Both the position numbers and the translations under genes were made by a program. A DNA stretch of 64,000 nt, taken from positions 92,905-156,904 of the forward strand of contig DAYH01000023.1 in NCBI GenBank assembly GCA_002506825.1. Direction: 5' to 3'. The notes beneath the pieces were generated by a model. The model ran no database searches. It was not told the origin of the DNA and was given only the letters and a program-made list of their open reading frames with translations. Origin of the DNA: Euryarchaeota archaeon UBA103 (GTDB taxonomy: Archaea > Thermoplasmatota > Poseidoniia > Poseidoniales > Thalassarchaeaceae). This document shows, piece by piece, positions 1-7,546 of the stretch (the first letter of the stretch is position 1; each line of letters opens with the position of its first letter).

Positions 1-519
1 GATGTGGAGGCTGGGCCATGCGTTCCATGGGTTGTCAGAGACGTGTATGAACGTGAACATCGCCTCCTCCAGCCAGTTGGGGGGATTGGTCTCCCAGTGC
101 GTGTCCAACTGGTCCCTGAGGTCTATCTCAGCTGGTAGAAGGAGGAAGAACAGCACGCAGAACATCGTGGCCATGAACAGGCCCTGGACGCCCAGTGCCA
201 GCTCCATCCTGCCCCTGTCGTCCCTGGGGGCTAGGGCCAGTGTTGCGGGGTAGAAAAGGTACAGTGCGACATAGGGGATAATCATCCAGTTGATCACGGG
301 AAGGCTCCTGTCCAGTGCAATCTCGGGGTCCCACACTGTTTCGAGGTATTGCGCCGCGATGTTGTTCGAGATGAAGTAGGGAGCACCTATGGAGAACATG
401 CCAACGAAGAAGATGGAGATGAGGAATGAGAAGCCCCCCAGTGACTCCCTGCGTGACCAGATTGGCCTCCAGACGCCCTTCCAAGGCCTCAATATCTTCA
501 ATGGGGCGTTGTCGTCCAT
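1..519 (-). CDS. PAP2-superfamily (PAP2_3 / IPC-synthase-like) integral membrane protein; 3' end cut by the window edge
   Basis: Manual translation of the third minus frame (ATG at 519-517) gives 173 stop-free codons running off position 1: MDDNAPLKILRPWKG...FIHVSDNPWNAWPSLHI. It has several hydrophobic helices and a terminal NAWPSLH resembling the PAP2 PSxH motif. It is not in the ORF track because it has no in-window stop. Confidence 0.55.
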   Translation of the reverse strand, partial: MDDNAPLKILRPWKGVWRPIWSRRESLGGFSFLISIFFVGMFSIGAPYFISNNIAAQYLETVWDPEIALDRSLPVINWMIIPYVALYLFYPATLALAPRDDRGRMELALGVQGLFMATMFCVLFFLLLPAEIDLRDQLDTHWETNPPNWLEEAMFTFIHVSDNPWNAWPSLHI

Positions 520-525
520 GCCTTT

Positions 526-541
526 CCTAGATGTATCTAGG
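526..541. promoter_or_regulatory. Perfect 7-bp inverted repeat CCTAGAT-GT-ATCTAGG, 7 nt upstream of the PAP2-like start and downstream of the symporter stop
   Basis: Read directly from the sequence. It could be an operator or a small RNA hairpin; its function is unknown. Confidence 0.25.
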
Positions 542-559
542 TCATGAATTAAGCGATTC

Positions 560-2074
560 TCAGTTTTCATCGGGAAGTGCTTTCGACCCTAGAACTGTAA
601 CCAGGGTGGACCCGACGATGGCATAGACGAATGGCCAGAGATTGGTCAGTCCTCCTTCGGATGCTGGAGTTGCACCTATAGTCGGATGGATTAGATAGAT
701 GTAGAACTCCGAGTTTAGAGGTGGTTCGACTAGGCCATAAATGGCTACGGACGCTAATCCGGCAAAGCACCCTAGCAGGGCCCCTCTCGATGAGACTCCT
801 TTCCAGAGTGTGAGTAGGACGGGTGCGACCGTAGCCGCTGCCAGTATGTCTGCAAAGAGGAATATGCCGAAAACGCTCAACGAATTGAATTCGAAGCCCA
901 GAAAGGTCGGGCCTGTTGCGAAATAGATTGCTACAGGCAACATTGACAGCGTGATTGCACGCGAGATTTGTAGGTCTGCCTCCCCATCGGATAAATCCCT
1001 TGAGACAGAGGCAACTATCGCATTCTGAAGGGTATCCGTGCTAGAGCAGACTAGGGAGATCACGAGGATGACGAATGCCCCTACTATCAGAGTGTCCCCC
1101 TTGTCGATCAGGTGGAAGAATGCCAGAGATGGTTCTGAGACCCCCCCCTGGCCAGCGGCTACGGTCCCCAAGACCCCCATGACGAAGACTAGGGGGAAGA
1201 CCATTCCTGCGGCTAGGAGCGCCCCTCTCTTGAGTGCGTCATCGTCCTTGGAGGCATAGGCCCTCTGCCAGTTCCCTTGGGAGAACATCTCCGCTGCGGT
1301 TATGGCGACGACTAGTGCCAGTCCTGACTCGAAGGAGCCCATGTAATCCATGCTCCCGAGCAACGACCAGTCATCATCCGTGTTGTAAGCCCTAGCATCA
1401 TCCACTAACTGTCCCATATCGAAACCAAAGAGTAGGACCATCAGTACCGTCACAAAAAGAACGATCGCCCACGCCTGTATCCTATCTGTTGCCAGAGATG
1501 CTGGGAGCCCTCCGTAAGCGGTGTAGGCAGCAGTTACCAGACCAACGAAAATCATGGGCATCAATGGGTCCATCCCGGCTAGGTGCTCCATGGCCTTCCC
1601 GATCGCTGTGAATTCTGCGAAGAGGAAGGTGAACATGTAGAGTATCGATATCACGCCCACATATACCTGCATTGGACGGCCGAGTCTGTGTTTTGCATAA
1701 TCCGCAAGGGTGACCCCTTGTGGGAGTCTTTCCCTAATCATGGGCCCCACGTATGCCAGGAGTAGGAAGGGGGTTGCCGCTGATACCGCATAACCCATGA
1801 CATCCCAGAATCCGCCGTAGTAGGCCACCTCGGACGGTGTGAGTAGAACCCAGACCCCCATCCCTGAAGCGAACAGGCTCAGCCCTATTCTGAGCCAATC
1901 CTGAGATCCTCTAGCTGAGAGGTACTCATCGGCCCCTATTTCCTCATCGTTCGTTGCTTGGTATGCGATGTATCCAAAGATACCAAGCGTTGCAATCATC
2001 AATCCGTATGCGACGTTCGTGTCCATTTCTCTTCCTCCGCTGGCATTACCCAGATCAGGTCCATGGGTCGCCAC
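560..2074 (-). CDS. Sodium:solute symporter family transporter (probable Na+/proline-type permease)
   Basis: 504-aa polytopic membrane ORF with an SSF-like layout. It lies immediately downstream, on the same strand, of a P5C dehydrogenase gene, so the proline assignment rests on context only. Confidence 0.75.
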   Translation of the reverse strand: MATHGPDLGNASGGREMDTNVAYGLMIATLGIFGYIAYQATNDEEIGADEYLSARGSQDWLRIGLSLFASGMGVWVLLTPSEVAYYGGFWDVMGYAVSAATPFLLLAYVGPMIRERLPQGVTLADYAKHRLGRPMQVYVGVISILYMFTFLFAEFTAIGKAMEHLAGMDPLMPMIFVGLVTAAYTAYGGLPASLATDRIQAWAIVLFVTVLMVLLFGFDMGQLVDDARAYNTDDDWSLLGSMDYMGSFESGLALVVAITAAEMFSQGNWQRAYASKDDDALKRGALLAAGMVFPLVFVMGVLGTVAAGQGGVSEPSLAFFHLIDKGDTLIVGAFVILVISLVCSSTDTLQNAIVASVSRDLSDGEADLQISRAITLSMLPVAIYFATGPTFLGFEFNSLSVFGIFLFADILAAATVAPVLLTLWKGVSSRGALLGCFAGLASVAIYGLVEPPLNSEFYIYLIHPTIGATPASEGGLTNLWPFVYAIVGSTLVTVLGSKALPDEN

Positions 2075-2146
2075 ACGAGGTGGCCTCTCAGCAAATGCTC
2101 CCCAGTAGCCCTTCCTAGCTGGTAGGCTAGATTAACTTTGACTCGG

Positions 2147-3814
2147 TCAATCTTGTTGCATGAACGGGTAGGTCCAATCTTGCGGAGGCTCGAGCGTTCT
2201 CTTGACAGACCTTGGGCTGATCCATCTAAGTAAGTTCAGGGGGCCACCAGCTTTGTCGTTGGTCCCTGATGCCCTTGCGCCTCCGAAGGGTTGCTGTGCA
2301 ACCACCGCTCCAGTAGGCTTGTCGTTGATGTAGAAGTTTCCAGCAGTGAATCGAAGTGCCTCGAATGCCTTCTGTATATTGTCCTCATTGGTCGAGAATA
2401 TTGAGCCAGTGAGGGCATAGGGGGACGCCTTGTCACAGATTTTCAGAATTGCATCGAAATCGTCGTCGTCATATAGGTACACTGTCAGAACAGGGCCGAA
2501 AATTTCCTCGATCATGGACTCTGAATTGGGATCTTCAGTCAGGATAATTGTTGGCTCGATGAAATAGCCCACGGTATCATCATATCCCCCACCACAGAAG
2601 ACCTCGCAGGAGTCCCTTGCCGATGCCCTTTGGATGTATCCTGATATCTTATCGAACGCCCTCTTGTCTATCACAGCGGTCATGAAGTTAGTGAAGTCTC
2701 TCGCATCGCCCATCGTAATCTTGCCAACCTCATCGGATAGTTCGTCGGATATCCCTTCCCACACTGACTTGGGGATATATGCACGACTGGCCGCTGAGCA
2801 CTTCTGACCCTGGTATTCGAACGCCCCCCTTAGCAAGGCTACGACTAGTCCCCTCCTGTCGCAGTCCGGATGTGCGACGATGAAGTCCTTGCCCCCTGTT
2901 TCGCCGACGATTCGGGGATATGAATTGAGCTTGGGCAGAGCTAGCCCGATTTCCTGCCATAGGCCTTGGAAGGTAGCTGTGGAACCAGTGAAGTGTAATC
3001 CGGCGAAATTAGGATTGGACAGTGCTACTTCGGTTATCTCCGCACCCGAACCGGGAAGGAAGTTGATTACTCCTGGAGGAAGGCCTGCTTCCATCATCAG
3101 CCTCATCAGGTAGTAATTGGAGTAGTATGAGTTCCTGCTGGGCTTCCAGACACTGGTGCAACCCACTATTGCAGGAGCGCTTGGCAGGTTTCCTGCGATG
3201 CTCGTGAAGTTGAATGGGGTGATCGAGAGGACAAAGCCCTCCACAGGCCTGATCTCTGTCGAGTTCACAACTCCCTCTGGGGAGACTAGTGGCTGGAAGT
3301 CATCATGGAACCCCCTTGCATAGTGGCAGTTGAACCTCCAGAAGTCTATGAGCTCACAGGCGGAATCAATCTCTGCTTGGAATGCGGTCTTGGACTGGTT
3401 GAGCATGGTAGAAGCATTGACCCTCATCCTCCACTCTCCAGCTAGGAGGTCAGCGCACTTCTCGAAGATCTTGCATCTTTCCTCAAGTCCGATTTCGATC
3501 CAGGATTTCTGAGCATTCACTGCAGCTGAGCAAGCTGATTCCATCTCCTTCCTACCAGCCAGATGGACATTAGCGAGAATGTGCCCGTGGATGTGTGGGA
3601 TGACCTGTGGTATCGTGTCACCAGTGAAAACCTCCTCTCCGTTGATTATGCAGGGTATCTCGATAACCTCGGACATCTGCCTGTCAATCTCTTGGATTAT
3701 GGAGTTCCTTTCAGGGCTTCCCGGGGCATATCCCAGTATAGGCTCATTCAGTGGTTGCACAGTCATGGTGTTCGCTGATGACGCCCATCTAACATTGTTA
3801 CTGTCAGAAGGCAT
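2147..3814 (-). CDS. pruA: 1-pyrroline-5-carboxylate (L-glutamate gamma-semialdehyde) dehydrogenase, ALDH superfamily
   Basis: ALDH catalytic motifs are present: GETGGKDF (Glu) and YQGQKCSAASR (Cys). FNFTSIAGNLPSAPAIVGCTSVWKPS is typical of the P5CDH subfamily. The true start may be an internal Met (MTVQPLNEP). Confidence 0.8.
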   Translation of the reverse strand: MPSDSNNVRWASSANTMTVQPLNEPILGYAPGSPERNSIIQEIDRQMSEVIEIPCIINGEEVFTGDTIPQVIPHIHGHILANVHLAGRKEMESACSAAVNAQKSWIEIGLEERCKIFEKCADLLAGEWRMRVNASTMLNQSKTAFQAEIDSACELIDFWRFNCHYARGFHDDFQPLVSPEGVVNSTEIRPVEGFVLSITPFNFTSIAGNLPSAPAIVGCTSVWKPSRNSYYSNYYLMRLMMEAGLPPGVINFLPGSGAEITEVALSNPNFAGLHFTGSTATFQGLWQEIGLALPKLNSYPRIVGETGGKDFIVAHPDCDRRGLVVALLRGAFEYQGQKCSAASRAYIPKSVWEGISDELSDEVGKITMGDARDFTNFMTAVIDKRAFDKISGYIQRASARDSCEVFCGGGYDDTVGYFIEPTIILTEDPNSESMIEEIFGPVLTVYLYDDDDFDAILKICDKASPYALTGSIFSTNEDNIQKAFEALRFTAGNFYINDKPTGAVVAQQPFGGARASGTNDKAGGPLNLLRWISPRSVKRTLEPPQDWTYPFMQQD

Positions 3815-3826
3815 CGGATTTTTTTC

Positions 3827-4426
3827 CTATTGCCACCACTTCTTGCTGTCTTCTGATGACTCGGATTCCTCAATAGAAACCCATACATCACCTGCCCAAC
3901 TTTTTCTTCCTATGGGGACTTCAAACCCCTCGTAGGGAAACCAGCCTCCATCGAACCAGTCCCTTCTACCGGAGTCATTCCGGTCATCAAGACTCCAGCC
4001 GGCTGACCCTCCTTCGTTCTGGGCGTAGTAGTAGAGACGATGGGGAGTTTTCTCTTTCCTATACCAATCCCTGCCGTTTATTGGTTCTGACTGCCTGAAA
4101 AACGATCCGATGTACGATTGATCGGGGTGCTCAGTGATTGATATCGCATCAGGCCCTGGAGGTAGTTTTCTGGGAATTGAAGTTGGGTCTATGGGACCTC
4201 TGATTCCCGTCCTTATCATACTCAAGCCCATGAATTGAACGAGGAGTCCTGCCATCAAGAATGGAATTGTGAAAGCGATCATGAAGATAGCCGCGAATGG
4301 GTATGAAGGGTCAATGGCACCATCTAAGAAAATCATGAACGGTACTAATGTGAATGGCAATCCGAAGAAGAAAAGGAATATGCCCATGAATACCGGAGCT
4401 ATTCTATTTGTAAGTGAATCATCCAT
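3827..4426 (-). CDS. Hypothetical membrane protein with two N-terminal TM helices and a Trp/Tyr-rich, probably cytoplasmic, C-terminal domain
   Basis: 199-aa ORF in a tight minus-strand gene array. Two clear hydrophobic helices are followed by a basic loop (positive-inside rule). I recognise no family. Confidence 0.5.
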   Translation of the reverse strand: MDDSLTNRIAPVFMGIFLFFFGLPFTLVPFMIFLDGAIDPSYPFAAIFMIAFTIPFLMAGLLVQFMGLSMIRTGIRGPIDPTSIPRKLPPGPDAISITEHPDQSYIGSFFRQSEPINGRDWYRKEKTPHRLYYYAQNEGGSAGWSLDDRNDSGRRDWFDGGWFPYEGFEVPIGRKSWAGDVWVSIEESESSEDSKKWWQ

Positions 4427-4447
4427 ATTTACACAGCCCTAGAGCGA

Positions 4448-4732
4448 TCATGACCATTCAGTGGGCTCATCCTTCTTCGCCTTCTTCCAAGTACGGTAGC
4501 ATGACTTGCATATTTTGACTCTCCTGGAGTCGCTACTGAGGCCGGATTCGCCCCATACATCGGCCGCTCTGTCGAAGGCGAGCTTTCTGCCGCCCACCTT
4601 CTTGTCGGCCCAGTTTTTGCAACCAGAGACATCGCACTTCACTTGGCCGACGAATTCCTCTGAGGACTTCTTCGAGGAGCTGTCGGCTCCGGATTGTTGC
4701 CTCTTCTTGCGGGCGTTGGACTTGAAACCCAT
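4448..4732 (-). CDS. Small basic Cys4 (Cx4C...CxxC) zinc-ribbon-like protein with a Lys/Ser-rich N-terminal tail
   Basis: 94-aa ORF. It contains KCDVSGCKNW ... KICKSCYRTWKKAKK and a highly basic N-terminus, MGFKSNARKKRQQ. It fills the gap between neighbouring genes exactly. Confidence 0.45.
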   Translation of the reverse strand: MGFKSNARKKRQQSGADSSSKKSSEEFVGQVKCDVSGCKNWADKKVGGRKLAFDRAADVWGESGLSSDSRRVKICKSCYRTWKKAKKDEPTEWS

Positions 4733-4755
4733 AGGCCCGCGTCCAAGCGTGGCAA

Positions 4756-6102
4756 TTAGAAGGTTGTCACTTCAGGCTCGGTGTCGAAAGGCCCGCCACG
4801 GCTAGCGATTGACGCCCTTCTGTCGGGACCAACTCCTATGCTCACGATTGGAATGCCAGACAATTGCTCGATTCTCCTGACATACGACAGTGCTTCTTCA
4901 GGGAGAACCTCGTACCCTTGTCCCTCACTTCTGGATAGTTCGGCCATCGCTATCCACTCCTCCTCGGATAGTGCGGGAAATCCCGGGTGTCGCTCATATA
5001 CAGGCTTACATCTCGCTAGTTCTTCGCAACTAGTGGGCATGTAGTCGACAGTCTGTCCATCTAGTTCGTAACCAGTGCATAACATCAACTCATCCAGACC
5101 ACCCAGTACGTCTAGTTTGGTGAGCACGATGCCAGTATATCCATTCACCCTATGGCTATCGGAGAGGGACACCATGTCCATCCAACCTGTCCTTCTTGGC
5201 CTTCCCGTGGTAGTGCCGAACTCGTGGCCGACCATTGCCATGTGATTGCCTGGGCCTTCTTCGTAAGGGAGCTCGGTGGGAAACGGACCATTCCCTACTC
5301 TAGTTGTGTAGGCCTTGGAAATACCGAAGCAGTTCTCGACATGCCCTGGGTGTATTCCAGCTCCATGAGTGGCGTTCGCCCTGCTGGTTACTGAGGACGT
5401 GACGAAAGGGTAGGTTCCTTGGTCGATATCTAGCATCGCTCCCTGGGCACCTTCCAGAAGTACGTTCTCACCTTCCTCTAGAGCCCTGTGAATCATTCTC
5501 CCGGTTTGCCTGATAGCACCCCCATACCTCTCTAATATCCATCTCAAATGAGACACTAGATCTTCTTTCTCCACTCTTTCTGAAACACCTACTGAATCTA
5601 GTTGCTTATTCATTCTGGAGATGGTTTCTTTCACCTTTGCCTCATCGTCAAGGAAGTAGGGGATATCGACGAATCTGATGCCTACTCTCTCGATGCGGTC
5701 CCTGTAGGCCGGTCCTATCCCCCTTCCTGTCGTGCCTACTACCTTGTCAGCACTGTCGTACAACCTATGGAAAGGAAGTATCACTGACGCTCTTTCGCTG
5801 ATGAAAAGCCTCTCTCCCTCTGGCCTCTCTTTTGTCAGGGCGTACCACCTATCGAGCTCTTCCTCCAATACCCAGGGATCGATGACCATTCCATCTCCGA
5901 GGATAAGGTTACAGTTGGGAGAGGTAACACCAGAAGGTATCTGATGAAGCTTTAGCGTCGTATCTCCGAGTACGATTGTATGGCCTGCGTTGTTCCCTCC
6001 TTGGAACCTGACAGCCCAAGTTGAGTCGGCGGCGAGTTGGTCTATGGCCTTGCCCTTGCCCTCATCCCCCCACTGGGCTCCGAGTACTACGCTGGCAGGC
6101 AC
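4756..6102 (-). CDS. purA: Adenylosuccinate synthetase
   Basis: Canonical N-terminal P-loop VVLGAQWGDEGKGK, plus GGNNAGHT, TTGRGIGPAY and GTTTGRPRR. I place the start at the in-frame GTG at 6102 (MPASVVLGAQWGDEGKGK). The track ATG at 6228 adds a non-homologous leader that overlaps rpl40e. Confidence 0.9.
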   Translation of the reverse strand: MPASVVLGAQWGDEGKGKAIDQLAADSTWAVRFQGGNNAGHTIVLGDTTLKLHQIPSGVTSPNCNLILGDGMVIDPWVLEEELDRWYALTKERPEGERLFISERASVILPFHRLYDSADKVVGTTGRGIGPAYRDRIERVGIRFVDIPYFLDDEAKVKETISRMNKQLDSVGVSERVEKEDLVSHLRWILERYGGAIRQTGRMIHRALEEGENVLLEGAQGAMLDIDQGTYPFVTSSVTSRANATHGAGIHPGHVENCFGISKAYTTRVGNGPFPTELPYEEGPGNHMAMVGHEFGTTTGRPRRTGWMDMVSLSDSHRVNGYTGIVLTKLDVLGGLDELMLCTGYELDGQTVDYMPTSCEELARCKPVYERHPGFPALSEEEWIAMAELSRSEGQGYEVLPEEALSYVRRIEQLSGIPIVSIGVGPDRRASIASRGGPFDTEPEVTTF

Positions 6103-6213
6103 CGGACGGGCTCCAATGCAGGGGGTGTTTGAATGCTTTGGAAGCGATAGGGCAATGTAGAGCCTGAAATTTGTCACGAAGTGGTTATGTAGGGCTGGTA
6201 GGTCGGCGGGTTG

Positions 6214-6372
6214 ATGGCACAGAGACACGCGGTAGCTGAAGCACGTCTACTGAAGAAGTGGATATGCATGAAGTGCTCTGCTACTCACAGGGGAACAAAG
6301 GCCCCTCGAGCATGTAGAAAGTGTGGCTACAAGAACTTCAGACAGAAGGCCGCTGAGAGAAGGAAGACTTGA
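6214..6372 (+). CDS. rpl40e: Ribosomal protein L40e (52 aa)
   Basis: Manual translation gives MAQRHAVAEARLLKKWICMKCSATHRGTKAPRACRKCGYKNFRQKAAERRKT*. The CxxC-x12-CxxC ribbon and the KKxICMKC...CRKCGYxNxR pattern match archaeal L40e. The ORF is below the track's size cut-off. Confidence 0.8.
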   Translation: MAQRHAVAEARLLKKWICMKCSATHRGTKAPRACRKCGYKNFRQKAAERRKT

Positions 6373-6375
6373 GTC

Positions 6376-6654
6376 TCACTTGTTCCTCTTGTGCTCTGCC
6401 ATTAACGTCTCTAAGGCAGTCTGAATCTGCAGACAAAGCGGACCGTAGTGTATAGGGAGATTTGCGTCATTGAATATCTCATCTAGCTTTGAGGCAGTCA
6501 TCCCGAGCCTCACGTCCATATCCTTGCCCTTGTTCAGGAGCCATTGATCTACAGCATCCTTGGCAGAGGCCCTGATATTTCTCGGGACCTGAGTATCGTC
6601 TAGCTGACCCAATACTTGGGCTATCTGCTGAATCCTGGTCTCGACGTCTGACAA
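6376..6654 (-). CDS. UPF0147-family small archaeal protein
   Basis: 92 aa with the pattern DDTQVPRNIRASAKDA ... LDEIFNDANLPIH, which is characteristic of the UPF0147 family. Confidence 0.65.
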   Translation of the reverse strand: MSDVETRIQQIAQVLGQLDDTQVPRNIRASAKDAVDQWLLNKGKDMDVRLGMTASKLDEIFNDANLPIHYGPLCLQIQTALETLMAEHKRNK

Positions 6655-6707
6655 GTTACCACCAGCTCTTCGAGCAAAGGGCCCTCCTTAAGCGCATCCC
6701 CCTAGAG

Positions 6708-7499
6708 TTAGTTCTCTATCCATGAAGCCCAAGGCATCACAGTATTCGACAGGCCGACTCCAGGGCCCTCTTTGTCCAGTGCTATCAGACCAACAGACGC
6801 ACTATCAGGGATAAGTTCGTCCAGTCCCCAGTGCATCGCATCCATTAGTGAGTCGCACTGCGGCGAATCTGCTCTATTACTTACTCTGTAACTCAATAGG
6901 GCCTTCGTAATCTCCTCTCCCTCTCCAGTAGCGGCAACAGATCTAGAATTTTCAACCCAGAAACCAGACCCCGGTAGGGGAACGTCGCCTACTCTTCCAG
7001 GGGGCCTGTGACTGCATCCGCCGGTACTGGTTGCACATGCCATTGCCCCCGATGAATCCCGCACAATGACTCCGACGGTATCTCCATCCCCCTCGATTGG
7101 CTCTCTGCCCTCAACTGCCCTATTGGCATGCCCCCTCTCATCTGCCCACGCCCTAGCCCCTGGGCCAGTGAGCCCGTTGATTGACTCATCCAGAAGATCG
7201 GCCGCCACTCGTATTGGGTTTGGAGTATCTGACATAGCTATGACAAAACCTATCCTGCCATCGCTAGTTTGTATTGAGGCATCGAGTAGGACTGAGCCGT
7301 CGTTCCTGAAGACCCCCCCTGTTCCGGCATTGAAAACCGGGTCATCCTCCAGAATAACACATGCTTCGACTGCCGCCTGTACGGCAGACGCCCCTGAGAG
7401 GAGGAGTCGGGAGGCTTCGTCCACTGCCCTCTGTAGATTTGTTTGCCTTTCTGGGCCCGGACCGGCCCCTCCGTGTGCGACAACTGCCATCTTCACCAT
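6708..7499 (-). CDS. Isoaspartyl peptidase / plant-type L-asparaginase (Ntn hydrolase)
   Basis: Motifs VAHGGAG, NAGTGG and the autoprocessing/nucleophile motif GDTVGVIVRD...ATSTGG are present. Confidence 0.8.
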   Translation of the reverse strand: MVKMAVVAHGGAGPGPERQTNLQRAVDEASRLLLSGASAVQAAVEACVILEDDPVFNAGTGGVFRNDGSVLLDASIQTSDGRIGFVIAMSDTPNPIRVAADLLDESINGLTGPGARAWADERGHANRAVEGREPIEGDGDTVGVIVRDSSGAMACATSTGGCSHRPPGRVGDVPLPGSGFWVENSRSVAATGEGEEITKALLSYRVSNRADSPQCDSLMDAMHWGLDELIPDSASVGLIALDKEGPGVGLSNTVMPWASWIEN

Positions 7500-7546
7500 T
7501 GCTATGCCCCGCTGTGCGTGACGAAGGAGGGACTTAGTTAGAACGG

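Noticed and set aside
2-484. Track ORFs 2..253 (+) and 128..484 (-)
   Set aside because: Both are Arg/Gly/Pro/Ser-rich with no motifs. The third minus frame gives a stop-free membrane protein with a PAP2-like PSLH motif, so these are off-frame shadows.
6103-6228. 42-aa N-terminal extension of purA from the track ATG at 6228
   Set aside because: It overlaps the rpl40e start and is not PurA-like. An in-frame GTG at 6102 restores the normal N-terminus.
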